From the NCBI GenBank assembly GCA_009914755.4, contig CP086569.2:12896001-12960000 (forward strand): 64,000 nucleotides of DNA. The letters run 5' to 3'. How positions within the stretch are numbered: position 1 is the stretch's first letter; the number at the start of each line of letters is the position of its first letter. Position numbers and translations under genes: made by a program. Positions 1 to 25,460 of the stretch are shown in pieces. The DNA comes from the human T2T-CHM13v2.0 reference genome, Homo sapiens. The notes beneath the pieces were generated by a model. The model saw only the letters and a program-made list of their open reading frames with translations, did not search any database and was not told the origin of the DNA.

Positions 1-5404
<5,404 letters not shown>

Positions 5405-6079
5405 AACAATGCTATTTTCAAGGACAAAAGAGGGTCACATTAATTTGGGTTTCCATCAGAGTGGTTGAAAAAACTGCTTTCATCACCTTCTCTCAATGAT
5501 TAGCTTCTCTACACATTTTTAACAGGCAAGGAAACTGAGTCAAAGGCAATGCTTCTGATGACAGATTTGGCAGGCAGGAAGGCAGGATTTGAGTGTCAGT
5601 TGCATGTAGTGACAATTTCAGTATTCAGCAAGACAGCTTGGGGACTGAGAAGCAGTGCTCTAGGAAATCATTCAGGATTTTTCTTTTTTATATTGTTTTC
5701 AAAGAGACACCTGTATATACATGTATTTGTATTCCACAAATATGCAAAACTGTCCTTCTTTTGCTTCCCCTGAGAGTAAGGAAAAAGGCAAACAAGATAA
5801 ATATTTGGGAAAAATATTACTGTCAGCATTTCAAGAAATGCAGTGTCACAAATTGTTAAAGAATGTCGGTCATGGAAACTAAAGAATGCTGGTTTATTTT
5901 TTTTTAACTCTGTGGAAGGCATAGAGCATGTCTCTCATTCATGAATCCACTTATTTGCTTAAATATGTCTGCACAGCCCTTACTTGTGCTGGATATCAAC
6001 AGAGCCTGAGGAAGCAGAGAGGAGGAGGAGGAGGTGGTGCTTGGAGTGTTTATGCTCAATAGACTGGTTCTTCAGATGG

Positions 6080-6292
6080 TGCAGGGTCTCTCAAAATGCC
6101 CATGAATGACATTTGGGGATGGATGATTCTCTGGGCTTGGGTGTCCTGTGTAGGGTGTTGAGAAGTATCCCTGGGCTCTACCTGCCACATGCTAGCATCC
6201 CCCCACCCCCAAAAAGTTGTGATGACCAAAATGTCTCTGGACATTACCAAATGCCCCTTTAGAGGGTGCAAACTTGCTCCTGAGAGCCACTG
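6080..6292 (-). mobile_element. Old nonautonomous DNA-transposon-like repeat, copy A (about 213 bp). It resembles what I recall as MER20 (hAT-Charlie). The name is from memory and unverified.
   Basis: The element ends in ...gagagccactg, a cagtggttctcaa-type terminus in reverse complement. The core is gtcctgtgtagggtgttgagaagtatccctgggctctacc...ccaaaatgtctctggacattaccaaatgcccc. A second diverged copy lies at 7027-7190. Confidence 0.45.
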
Positions 6293-6314
6293 ATGCGGAC
6301 AGATTAGATTGGTA

Positions 6315-6995
6315 AATAGATAACTGATAGATGATTGATATAGATAGATAAGTGATAGATAGATGGTAGACAGGTGATAGATAAATGACTGGCAGATACA
6401 AAGAGATAGATGATAGGTTGATAATAGATATAGATAGGGGACAAAGATTGATACAGATAGATGATTGATAGATATAAATAGATAGTAGATACAGATAGGA
6501 GTAAGATAGGTAGATAGATAATAGATGGTTGGATGGAGGATAGATAGATAAATGATGGATGGATAAATGATGGATGGTTGGATGGATGATAGATACACAG
6601 ATAAATAAATGATGGATGGTTGGGTGGATGATAGGTATATAGATAAATAGATGTATGTTTGGATGAATTATAGATAGAAGATAGAGTGACAGATAATGTA
6701 TGGTTGAATAGATGATCAATAATTGGATAGATACCTATGTAGATAGACTGATGACAGATGGTTGGGTGGATTAGATAGGTAGTTGGGTAGATGATAGATG
6801 TATAGATAAATAGATGATGCATGGTTGGATAGGTGATAGATGAATGGATGGATGATAGATGAGAGATGAGAGATAGAGATGAGAGATAGATAGATAGAGA
6901 TGAGAGATAGATACATACATACATACATACATACATACATACATACATACATACACAGACAAATAAATGAGGGTTGACTGGATGGATAATAGATA
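6315..6995. repeat. Compound microsatellite of about 680 bp: interspersed (GATA)n, (GATG)n/(GGAT)n and TAGA blocks, ending in a pure (CATA)n run at 6911-6954
   Basis: The tetranucleotide periodicity is visible directly, as in gatagatagataagtgatagatagatggtag..., ggatggatgg... and acatacatacatacatacatacatac. The Tyr/Ile/Ser/His-rich minus-strand ORFs here translate the repeat. Confidence 0.95.
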
Positions 6996-7026
6996 GAGTT
7001 TCTCATGCTAAGGATTTCTCCGCCTC

Positions 7027-7190
7027 AGCAGTATGGACATCTGGGGCAGGAGGATTCTCTATGGTGGGACTGTCCTGTGCACTGTAGGGTGTTGAGCAGA
7101 GTCCCTGGGCTCCACCCACAAGATGCCAGGAGCACGCACCACCCCAGTGGACAACCAAAAATGTCTCTAGATATGGCTACATTCCCTGCA
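7027..7190 (-). mobile_element. Copy B of the MER20-like repeat, 3'-truncated
   Basis: The stretch gacatctggggcaggaggattctctatggtgggactgtcctgtgcactgtagggtgttgagcagagtccctgggctccacccacaagatgccagg...ccaaaaatgtctctagatatggctacattccc aligns with copy A at roughly 75% identity. Confidence 0.45.
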
Positions 7191-7711
7191 TAAGGCTGTA
7201 CCTTTCCTGATTGCGAAACACTGTGCTAGGTAAATACACGCAGCAGAGGGTTTCAGAAACATGTTCATTTGGACAGTCTTCTTCAGTGCATGATGTGGAA
7301 ACTGAGATCTGGGGAGGTAAGTTCACCTAGGTGTAGAGAATGTTTCTGCAGGACATACCTTGGTAAAATTTTACCTGGAAAAAAATTGGCAAAAACATCC
7401 TATCAACAAAAATTTCTGCATTCACATGAGGTGATGGGCTGAAGAGGTGTTTGGAAACATTAAAAGTGTTTCAGAGAGCATTCAGATTCTAGAAGATTAA
7501 AAAACCAAGTGGGATTGTAGTCCCATTTAAAAAGAGCTATATTTTTATGACTTAGATAGCATTTTCACTGAGTCAAGAATAGAAGAATGGCTGGGCAGAA
7601 TGATATGAACAAATGAGAGGACGTGTTCTCCTGGCCGCAAAAAGATCATGAAGAAAGTGCGACCCTCAAGTAAAGAGACCTGGGGTTTAGTAATAGATAT
7701 AATGTAATAGT

Positions 7712-7790
7712 GGTGCAGGCCCGTAGTCACAGCTACTCAGGAGGCTGAGCTAGGAGGATTACTTGAGCCCAGGAGTTTGAGGCTGCAGTT
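7712..7790 (+). mobile_element. Alu fragment (right-arm piece)
   Basis: ggtgcaggcccgtagtcacagctactcaggaggctgagctaggaggattacttgagcccaggagtttgaggctgcagt. Confidence 0.8.
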
Positions 7791-7799
7791 TGCAAAAAA

Positions 7800-8480
7800 A
7801 TCATTTCTACCTGCAACCTGTCAGTGCAACCTTATTTGAAAAAAGAGTTTTTGCAGATGTAATCATGTGAAGGACCTGGAAATGAGATTATTCTGGATAA
7901 GGATGGGTTCTAAATGCAATAAGTGTGCCTATAAGAGACAAATCAGGGGACACAGACACAGAGGAGGAGGCCATGTGGAGACAGAGGCAGAAAATGGAGT
8001 GACATGGCCCAGGGATTCCTGGAGCCCCCAGGATCTGGAAGAGGCAGGAAGGATCCTCCCCTGGAACATCCAGAGGGAACTGCATACAATTGTAGTGCAT
8101 TGAACAGTGGCCCCCAAAATATATGCCCATATTCTGACTCCCAGATCCTGGGAATGGGACCTTATTTGGAAATAGGGTCTTTGCAGGTGTAATTAAGTTA
8201 AAGATCTTGAGACGAGTTCATCCTGGATTAGACGGGCTCTAAATCCAATAATAGGTGTCTGTCCTAAGAGACAAAACAGGAGGAACAGACACAGGAGAAG
8301 GCCTTGTGGAGATGGAGGCAGACTGGAGTGATGCAGCCACAAGCCCAGGGACATCTGGAGCCCCCCAGGAGCTGGGAGAGGCAGGAAGGATCCTCCCCTA
8401 GAGCCTCCATAGGGAGCATGGCCCTGAGACACTTTGATGTCAGACTTCTGGTCTCCAAAACTGAGAAGGAGTCCATTCTG
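7800..8480 (+). mobile_element. MaLR-type (MLT1-like) LTR: a partial middle-block copy at 7800-8100 followed by a complete LTR at 8105-8480. Its 3' tail resumes at 14536-14610 after the L1 #2 insertion.
   Basis: Characteristic MLT1-family blocks are present: ccttatttggaaatagggtctttgcaggtgtaattaagttaaagatcttgagacgagttcatcctggattag...ggctctaaatccaat and ...gacacaggagaaggccttgtggagatggaggcag...cttctggtctccaaaactgag. The 3' end (atttctgttgtttttaagcccctattttgaggtgattgg) continues at 14536. The family name is from memory. Confidence 0.6.
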
Positions 8481-14535
<6,055 letters not shown>

Positions 14536-15100
14536 TTCTGTTGTTTTTAAGCCCCTATTTTGAGGTGATTGGTTACAGAAGCCCTGAGAAATAAATGCAA
14601 ATATTTAAAATTTTCTTGTAGGGATGGTCATGATGATAGGTACTTAAAACCTCATGACAGGTAAAATAAATGATTTAAACCAGTTTGTCCAGAACACAAA
14701 GGTGTGATTTGAGCAGATCATTAATCAGAATCACATATGACTATTATTATTTGTAAATAATATACTAACTACAAGACAGTTGTTTTTTTCCCCCTAAATG
14801 GCTAAGTTCTAACATCTGGTATATGTTCTTGTAAATCTGTGGACACAAGCAAAATCCCTAGCTAACCATCCATTGTCACCATTTAATTACTCTCAGGCCC
14901 TCACAGAAAAACAAAACTTCAATCAGGCTCTAGTCCTTGAAGTCTGGTTTGTAATTGCAAAGGCTGTTCTTGTTTAAATGAAGCTGGGCTGAATGTGGGA
15001 CAAGATGAGGAAGACCCCAATCCTGCTGCTGAATTCAGTCTCCAAGACACTGAACCCCACAAGATTGTTTTCTGCACTTTTGTCATTTAAGACCCAAGTC

Positions 15101-15375
15101 TCACCTGTAATCCCAGAACTTTGGGAGACCAAGGCCTGCAGATTGCTTGAGCCCAGGAGTTCAAGACCAGCCTGCGCAATATAGCAGGATCACATCTCTA
15201 CAGAAAATACAAAAATTAGCTAGGTGTGGTGGTGCATGACTGTAGTCCCAACTACTCTGTAGACTGAGGTAGGAGGATCACTTAAGCCCAAGACAATGAG
15301 GCTACAGTGAGCCGAGATCACACCACTGCACCCCAGCCTGGGTGATAGAGAAAGATTGTCTCCAAAAATAAAAAA
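15101..15375 (+). mobile_element. Alu (5'-truncated by a few bp) with an A-rich tail
   Basis: tcacctgtaatcccagaactttgggagaccaaggc...agtgagccgagatcacaccactgcaccccagcctgggtgatagag...aaaaataaaaaa. Confidence 0.9.
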
Positions 15376-15639
15376 TGACCCAAGTCTTTTGGAGGTGGAA
15401 GTTCAGTAACAGATTAATGATGAAACTAAGAGGGCTAGTGTTAGTGAGATCCTGGATGGCCAGCACAAACTGACTGCTTTGGGAAAAAAAAAAAAAAGTT
15501 GGTTTATCTTCTCCTGAGAGGTTGTTCATCTTACTTTTTAGTAGAGTCTTTTTAAAATTAACCTTGTTAGAACACAAGAAACCTGTGTTTCTTGTTGGCT
15601 TTATGTTGTCATCTCCTGGATTGATTTAAACATCCTCAA

Positions 15640-16560
15640 CTCCAAGTGTCTTCATTTCCTGGGGCTGCCCTTGCAAGTGACCACAGAACCTATGGCTTAA
15701 AACAAAAGGAATTGATTCTCTCACAGTTCTGGAGACCAGCAGTCTGAGGTGAAAGAGTGGACAGAGCTATGCTACCTCTGGAGGTTCTAGGAAAGGATTC
15801 TTCCTGCCTCTCCCAGCTCCTGGAGGCTCTAGGCATCTCTGGGCTTGTTGCTGCATCACTTCAGTGTCTGCCTCCATCTCCAGGTGGCTTACTCCTCTCC
15901 ATCTGTGTCTCCTTTTGTGTCTCTTAGAAACCTGCTGTTTAATCTAGGGCCACACTAATCCAGGATGATCTCATCTTGAGATCCTTGACTTAAGTATACC
16001 TGCAAAGCCCTCATTTCCAAATAAGGTTCCATTCACATATTCTGGGGATAGGATGTGGACATATCTTTTTGGGACACTATGGTTCAATCCATTACAATTG
16101 TATTCCACTCCTTCTGGAGGCTCTAGAGGAGGATCCTTCCTGTCTCTCTCAGCTCCTGTGGACTCTAAGCATAATTGGGCTTGTATCTGCCTCACTCCAG
16201 TTTCTACCTCCATCTCCACATGGCCTTCTCCTCTGTGTCTGTTCTCTTCTGTCTCTTTTCTCTCTCTTTTTTTAATTGGAGACAGAGGTTCACTCTTGTT
16301 GCCTAGGCTGGAGTGCAATGTCACGATTTTGGTTCACTGAAACCTCTGCCTCCTGGGTTCAGGCAATTCTCCTTCCTCAGCCTCTTGGTTTTCTGTAAGG
16401 ACATTTGTCCATAGATTTAGGGCTTATCTAATCCAGGATAATATCATTTTGAGATACTTAAGCCATTTATATCTTATCTAAATAAGTTCACATAAGTTCC
16501 AGAGGTTAGGACATAGACACATCTTTGAGGGCCACCATTCCACCTGCTACACAAGGCTCT
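15640..16560 (-). mobile_element. MLT1-like MaLR LTR in inverted orientation relative to 7800-8480. It contains a complete LTR plus two extra partial middle blocks and an embedded Alu fragment.
   Basis: The reverse complement gives ccttatttggaaatgagggctttgcaggtatacttaagtcaaggatctcaagatgagatcatcctggattag...ctgctggtctccagaactgtgagagaatcaattccttttgttttaagccataggttctgtgg. Extra copies of the ccttattt...ggattag...ccctaaatc block occur at about 16040-16260 and 16400-16560. Confidence 0.6.
16266..16385 (-). mobile_element. Alu monomer-sized fragment inside the inverted LTR
   Basis: The reverse complement of the Alu right arm: tttttaattggagacagaggttcactcttgttgcctaggctggagtgcaatgtcacgattttggttcactgaaacctctgcctcctgggttcaggcaattctccttcctcagcctc. 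Confidence 0.8.
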
Positions 16561-17244
16561 ATTAATATCTCTGACCTACAATTCAGAATCTCTGAGAGAG
16601 AAGCCTGGGTGAGTACGAAGTGCAGCAAGAATATGATGAGGAAGTGGCCTCTTTAGTGCTGGAATTCATTTGTTCCTGAAGTAGTTTGGCAAAACTATAC
16701 TGTGATCCATCACATATTTCTTATGATTTAACCCTCAATGGGGCAACCTATTTTGCTAATTTTTATCATATTGTGTGGTACCTCCCCCCAAGAAGACATT
16801 AGAACCTTGTGTGTTGTTGAAATTCTGCATGCTTCTGTTTTCAGATTTGTGGGAAAGAGGAAAATTATAGGATATTTATCTCATAAAGCCATTGTGAAAA
16901 TAGAATATGAGATTCTTAGAACAAAGCCTGTCACATCACAAGTACTCAGTATATGTTGGTTGTTTCCATACTTATTGCTGTCATTTCTCCAGTAGTTTGA
17001 AGAGTGATGGTTTCCAAAGTATGTTCAAGTTAAGCACTACAACCACTCTTGGGAGAGTTGAATTCGGATGAAGCGTTCTTAGATATGACCACTATACTGG
17101 TGTGGGATTAGAGCATCGGTGTAGGTTCAGTCCTACACCATCCAACTTCAGCTGAAGCTTATGCATCCTAAGCCATGTAGCAGAACCAGAACTAGAAACC
17201 AAAACTAGAACAAACATGTGCGCTGTGCTGTGTTGTGCCTAACC

Positions 17245-17590
17245 ATGGAGCTTTGGGAAAACATGGCCTATCAAACAAGGTTTTGAGTGGATGGGACACT
17301 TGGGAAAACATGCACAATTAAACTAGGCTTTGAGTGGATGAGGAGCCTTGGAAAAGCATGGCTGATCAACAAGGCTTTGGGTGGATGAAAAGACTTGGGA
17401 AACCATGGCTGATCGAACAAGGCTTTGAGTGGATTATGAGCCTTGGAAAAATATGGTCCATGAAACAAAGCTTTGGGTGGATGGGGAGCTTTGGGAAAAC
17501 ATATTCCATCACACAAGGCTTTGAGTGGATGAAGAGCCTTGGGAAAACATAGCCGACCAAACAAGACTTCAAGTGGATGAGACAAAGGCT
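17245..17590. repeat. Minisatellite of about 7 tandem copies of a 47-48-bp unit (ggctttgagtggatgaggagccttggaaaagcatggctgatcaacaa)
   Basis: The tandem units read directly: ...caaggctttgggtggatgaaaagacttgggaaaccatggctgatcgaacaaggctttgagtggattatgagccttggaaaaatatggtccatgaaacaaagctttgggtggatggggagc... Copies differ at about 10-20% of positions. Repetitive ORFs in all frames (17271-17585, 17334-17552, 17366-17572) are translations of it. Confidence 0.95.
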
Positions 17591-20502
17591 TGAATTTATT
17601 TCCTGTTCTTTAATAGCTGTGTGAATGTAGATGTCCTCTACTTAAACTTCTGTTTCTTTGTGTATATCAAGTGGGGATGACACCACTCATTTTACCAGGC
17701 CATTGGGAAAACCACAGATATATCATAATTCATAGGACAAAACTTGAAAGTTCCATTAAAAAAAGAAGAAAAACACTGAAGCTGTGTCCACTCTCTGGTA
17801 GGACAGCATAAATTATCTGAGAGAAAAATGTACCCTTTTTTTGTTTTAGGAAACATTCTATGATGCTTCCTAATTATATAAACAGAAAAAACTTCAAGGA
17901 CTACATAGTTGGAGTTTTCAGTCAAGGGGAATTACTATATGGTGTTGTCTACAGAAAGAAAGGAAGGGCTGAGGAGCCCAACTAGACAAGTAGGCACCTC
18001 AGAGAGTGAGTCACAGACTGATGATGTATCAATTGTGGCTGCAACACTGTGGCCCAAGACTGACACAGGAAATGCACTCACCTTCCATTTCTCCCACTTC
18101 TTCTCCAAAGTCCGATACCTGCCCCATTGCTGACTTCAGCAACAAGTCACCTGATAGGAGCTCTGCAGGGGACATTCTCCTTGCCATGCAGAGCTGAGGA
18201 TATACAGGAAGTAGATCAGGAAAACGGGTGCCAGGAAATCTAGTATAAAAGCCAACAATTACTTACAATGCTTGATTGAAGACATTTGTCTAGTTTCTTT
18301 TTTTATCCTTTGGGGCATTTTTTAAAATATATATATATTTTATTATACTTTCAGTTCTAGGGTACATGTGCACAATGTGCAGGTTTGTTACATAAATATA
18401 CATGTGCTATGTTGGTGTGCTGCACCCATTAACTCGTCATTTACATTGGGTATATCTCCTAATGTTATCCCTCCCCCCTCCCCCCACCCCACTACAGGCC
18501 CCGGTGTGTGATGTTCCCCTTCCTGTGTCCCAGTGTTCTCATTGTTCAATTCCCACCTATAAGTGAGAACATGCAGTGTTTGGTTTTTTTGTCCTTGTGA
18601 TAGTTTGCTGAGAATGATGGTTTCCAGCTTCATCCATGTTCCTACAAAGGACATGAACTCAACATTTTTTATGGCTGCATACTACTCCATGGTGGTGCCA
18701 CATTTTCTTAATCCAGCCTCTCATTGTTGGACATTTGGGTTGGTTCCAAGTCTTTGTTATTGTGAGCAGTGCCACAATAAACATACATGTGCATGTGTCT
18801 TTATAGCAGCATGATTTATATTCTTTGGGTATATACCTAGTAATTGGATGGCTGGGTCAAGTGCTATTTCTAGTTCTAAATCCTTGAGGAATCCCCACAC
18901 TGTCTTCCACAATGGTTGAACCAGTTTACAGTCCCACCAATAGGGTAAAAGTGTTCCTATTTCTCCACATCCTCTCCAGCACCTGTTGTTTCTTGACTTT
19001 TTAATGATTGCCATACTAAATGGTGTGAGATGATATCTTACTGTGGTTTTGATTTGCATTTCTCCGATGGCCAGTGATGACCATTTTCTGATGTGTCTTT
19101 TGGCTGCATAAATGTCTTCTTTTAGAAGTGTCTGTTCACATTCTTCGCCCACTTTTTGATGGGGTTGTTTCTTTTTTTCTTCTAAATTTGTTAGAGTTCT
19201 TTGTAGATTCTGGATATTAGCTCTTTGTCAGATGAGTAGATTGAAAAAATTTTCTGCCACTGTGTAGGTTGCCTGGTCACTCTGATGGTAATTTCTTCTG
19301 CTGTGCAGAACCTCTTTAGTTTAGTTAGATCCCATTTGTCAATTCTGGCTTCTGTTGCCATTGCTTTTGGTGTCTTAGACATGAAGTCCTTGCCCATGCC
19401 TATGTCCTGAATGGTATTGCCTGGCTTTTCTTCTAGGGTTTTTATGGTTTTAGATCTAACATGTAAGTCTTTAATCCATCTTGAATTAATTTTTGTATGA
19501 GATGTAAGGAAGGGATCCAGTTTCAGCTTTCTACATATGGCTAGCCAATTTTCCCAGCACCATTTGTTAAATAGGGAATCCTTTCCCCGTTTCTTGTTTT
19601 TGTCAGGTTTGTCAAAGATCAGATAGTGGTAGATGTGTGGTATTATTTCTGAGGGCTCTGTTCTGTTCCATAGGTCTATATCTCTGTCTTGGTACCAGTA
19701 CCATGCTGTTTCGGTTACTGTAGCCTTGTAGTATAGTTTGAAGTCAGGTAGTGTGATGCCTCCAGCTTTGTTCTTTTGGCTTAGGATTGACGTGCCAATG
19801 CGGGCTCTTTTTTAGTTCCATATGAACTTTGAAGTAGTTTTTTTCCAATTCTGTGAAGAAAGTCATTGGTAGCTTGATGGGGATGACATTGAGTCTATAA
19901 ATTACCTTGGGCAGTATGGCCATTTTCCTGATATTGATTCTTCCTACCCGTGAGCATGGAAAGTTCTTCCACTTGTTTGTGTCCTCTTTCATTTCATTGA
20001 GCAGTGGTTTGTAGTTCTCCTTGAAGAAGTCCTTCACATCCCTTGTAAGTTGGATTCCTACATATTTTATTCTCTTTGAAGCAGTTGTGAATGGGAGTTC
20101 ACTCATGATTTGGCTGTCTCTCTGTTATTGGTGTATAAGAATGCTTGTGATTTTTGCACATTAATTTTGTATCCTGAGACTCTGCTGAAATTGCTTATCA
20201 GCTTAAGGAGATTTTGGGCTGAGATGATGGGGTTTTCCAGAAATACAATCATGTAATCTGCAAATAGGGACAATTTGACTACCTTTTTTCCTAAGTGAAT
20301 ACCCTCTATTTCTTTCTCCTGCCTGATTGCTCTGGCCAGAAATTCCAACACTATGTTGAACAAAAGTGGTGAGAGTGGGCATCCCTGTTTTGTGCCAGTT
20401 TTCCAAGGCAATGCTTCCAGTTTTTGCGCATTCAGTATGATATTGGCTATGGGTTTGTCATAAATAGCTCTATTATTTTGAGATACGTCCCATCAATACC
20501 TA

Positions 20503-20982
<480 letters not shown>

Positions 20983-22431
20983 CTAAATTTCAGAGCCTTT
21001 TATTGGTCTATTCAGAGATTCAACTTCTTCCTGGTTTAGACTTTGGAGGGTGTATGTGTCGAGTAATTTATCCATTTCTTCTAGATTTTCTAGTTTATTT
21101 TCATTGAGGTGTTTATATTATTCTCTGATGGTAGTTTGTATTTCTGTGGGATCGGTGGTGATATCCCCTTTATCATTTTTTATTGGGTCTATTAGATTCT
21201 TTTCTCTTTTCTTCCTTTTTAGTCTTGCTAGTGGTCTATCAATTTTGTTGATCTTTTCAAAAAACTAGCACCTGGATTCATTGATTTTTTGAAGGGGTTT
21301 TGTGTCTCTATCTCCTTCAGTTCTGCTCTGATCTTAGTTATTTCTTGCCTTCTGCTAGCTTTTGAATGTGTTTGGTCTTGCTTTTCTAGTTCTTTTAATT
21401 GTGATATTAGGGTGTCAATTTTGGGTCTTTCGTGCTTTCTCTTGTGGGCATTTAGTGCTAGAAATTTCCCTCTACACACTGCTTTGAATGAGTCCCAGAG
21501 ATTCTGGTATGTTGTGTCTTTGTTCTAGCTGGTTTCAAAGAACATCTTTATTTCTGGTTTTATATCCTTATGTATCCAATAGTCATTCAGGAGCAGGTTG
21601 TTCAGTTTCCACGTATTTGAGTGTTTTTCAGTGGGTTTCCTAATCCTGAGGTCTAATTTGATTGCACTGTGGTCTGAGAGACCACTTGTTATAATTTCTG
21701 TTCTTTTGTATTTGCTGAGGAGTGCTGTACTTCCAACTACGTTGTCAATTTTGGAATAGGTGCAGCATGGTGCTGAGAAGAATGTATATTCTGTTGATTT
21801 GGGGTGGAGATTTCTGTAGATGTCTATTAGGTCCACTGGGTGCAGAGCTGAATTTACTTCCTGGATATCCTTGTTACCTTTCTCTTTCATTGATCTGTCT
21901 ATTGTTGACAGTGGAGTGTTAAAGTCTCCCATTATTATTGTGTGGGAGTCTAAGTCTCTTTTTCAGTTCACTAAGGACTTGCTTTATGAATCTGGGTGCT
22001 CCTGTATTGGGTGCATATATATTTAGGATAGTTAGCTCTTCTTGTTGAATTGATCCCTTTATCATTATGTAATGGCCTGCTTTGTCTCTTTTGATCTTTG
22101 TTGATTTAAAGTCCGTTTTATCAGAGACTAGCATTGCAAGCTATGCCTTTTTTTGTTTTCCATTTTCTTGGTAGATCTTCCTCCATCCCTTTATTTTGAG
22201 CCTATGTGTGTCTCTGCACGTGAGATGGGTTTCCTGAATACAACACAATGATTGGTCTTGACTCTTTATCCAATTTGCCAGTCTGTGTCTTTTAATTGGA
22301 ACATTTAGCCCATTTTCATTTAACGTTAATATTGTTATGTGTGAATTTGATCCTGTCATTGTGATGTTAGCTGGTTATTTTGCTCAGTAGTTGATGCAGT
22401 TTCTTCCTAGCATCAATGGTGTTTACAATCA

Positions 22432-24564
<2,133 letters not shown>

Positions 24565-25160
24565 GAGAATGTTGAATATTAGCCCCCACTCTCTTCTGTC
24601 TTGCAGAGATTCTGCTGACAGATCAGCTTTTAGTCTGATGGGCTTCCCTTTGTGGGCAACCCGACCTTTCTCTCTGGCTGCCCTTAACATTTTTTCTTTC
24701 ATTTCAGCTTTGGTGAATCTGACAATTATGTGTCTTGGAGTTGCTCTTCTCGAGGAGTATCTTTGTGGCACTCTCTGTATTTCCCAAATGTGAATGTTGG
24801 CCTGCCTTGCTAGATTGGGGAAGTTCTCCTGGGTGATATCCTGCAGAGTGTTTTCCAACTTGGTTCCATTCTCCCTGTCACTTTCAGTTACACCAATTAG
24901 ACATAGATTTGTTCTTTCACGTAGCCCCATATTTCTTGGAGTCTTTTTCATTTATTTAATTCTTTTTTCTCTAAACTTCTCTTCTCACTTCATTTCATTC
25001 ATTTGATCTTCAATCACTGATACCCTTTCTTCCAGTTGACTGAAACAGGTACTGAAGCTTGTGCATTCATCATGTAATTCTGGTCCCGTGGTTTTCAGCT
25101 CCATCAGGTTCTTTAAGGACTTCTCTGCATTGGTTATTCTAGTTAGCCATTTGTCTAATC

Positions 25161-25460
25161 TTTTTTTTTTCTTTTTTATTATTATTATACGTTAAGTTTT
25201 AGGGTACATGTGCACAATGTGCAGGTTAGTTACATATGTATACATGTGCCATGCTGGTGTGCTGCACCCATTAACTCGTCATTTAGCATTAGATATATCT
25301 CCTAATGCTATCCCTCCCCGCTCCCCCCACCCCACAACAGCCCCCATAGTGTGATGTTTCCCTCCTGTGTCCATGTGTTCTCATTGTTCAATTCCCATCT
25401 ATGAATGAGAACATGTGGTGTTTGGTTTTTTGTCCTTGCGATATTTTACTGAGAATGATG
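25161..25460 (-). mobile_element. Nested, heavily 5'-truncated L1 3' end of about 300 bp, inside the ORF1 region of L1 #3
   Basis: A poly-T run is followed by ttattattattatacgttaagttttagggtacatgtgcacaatgtgcaggttagttacatatgtatacatgtgccatgctggtg...gagaacatgtggtgtttggttttttgtccttgcgatattttactgagaatgatg. It is flanked by a 15-bp target-site duplication TGTCTAATCTTTTTT (about 25152-25166 and 25462-25476). Confidence 0.85.

Noticed and set aside
6056-7006. Long minus-strand ORFs (96-214 aa) rich in Tyr/Ile/Ser/His/Leu, such as MYVCMYVCMYVC… and …IYLSSIQPSIIYLP…
   Set aside because: They are direct translations of the GATA/GATG/CATA tetranucleotide array. The periodic peptide simply mirrors the 4-bp repeat read in three frames. 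There is no start or splice context.
17271-17585. Three overlapping repetitive ORFs that could be read as a repeat-containing protein
   Set aside because: They coincide exactly with the 48-bp minisatellite and end at its borders. The copies diverge without frame-preserving constraint. I treat them as non-coding.
17245-17590. Considered whether the regularly spaced 48-bp repeats could be a CRISPR-like array, given the hint of a novel system
   Set aside because: The units are contiguous, with no unique spacers between conserved repeats. The context is primate DNA (Alu, L1 and MaLR repeats throughout). No cas-like ORFs or any prokaryotic gene organisation exists in the window.
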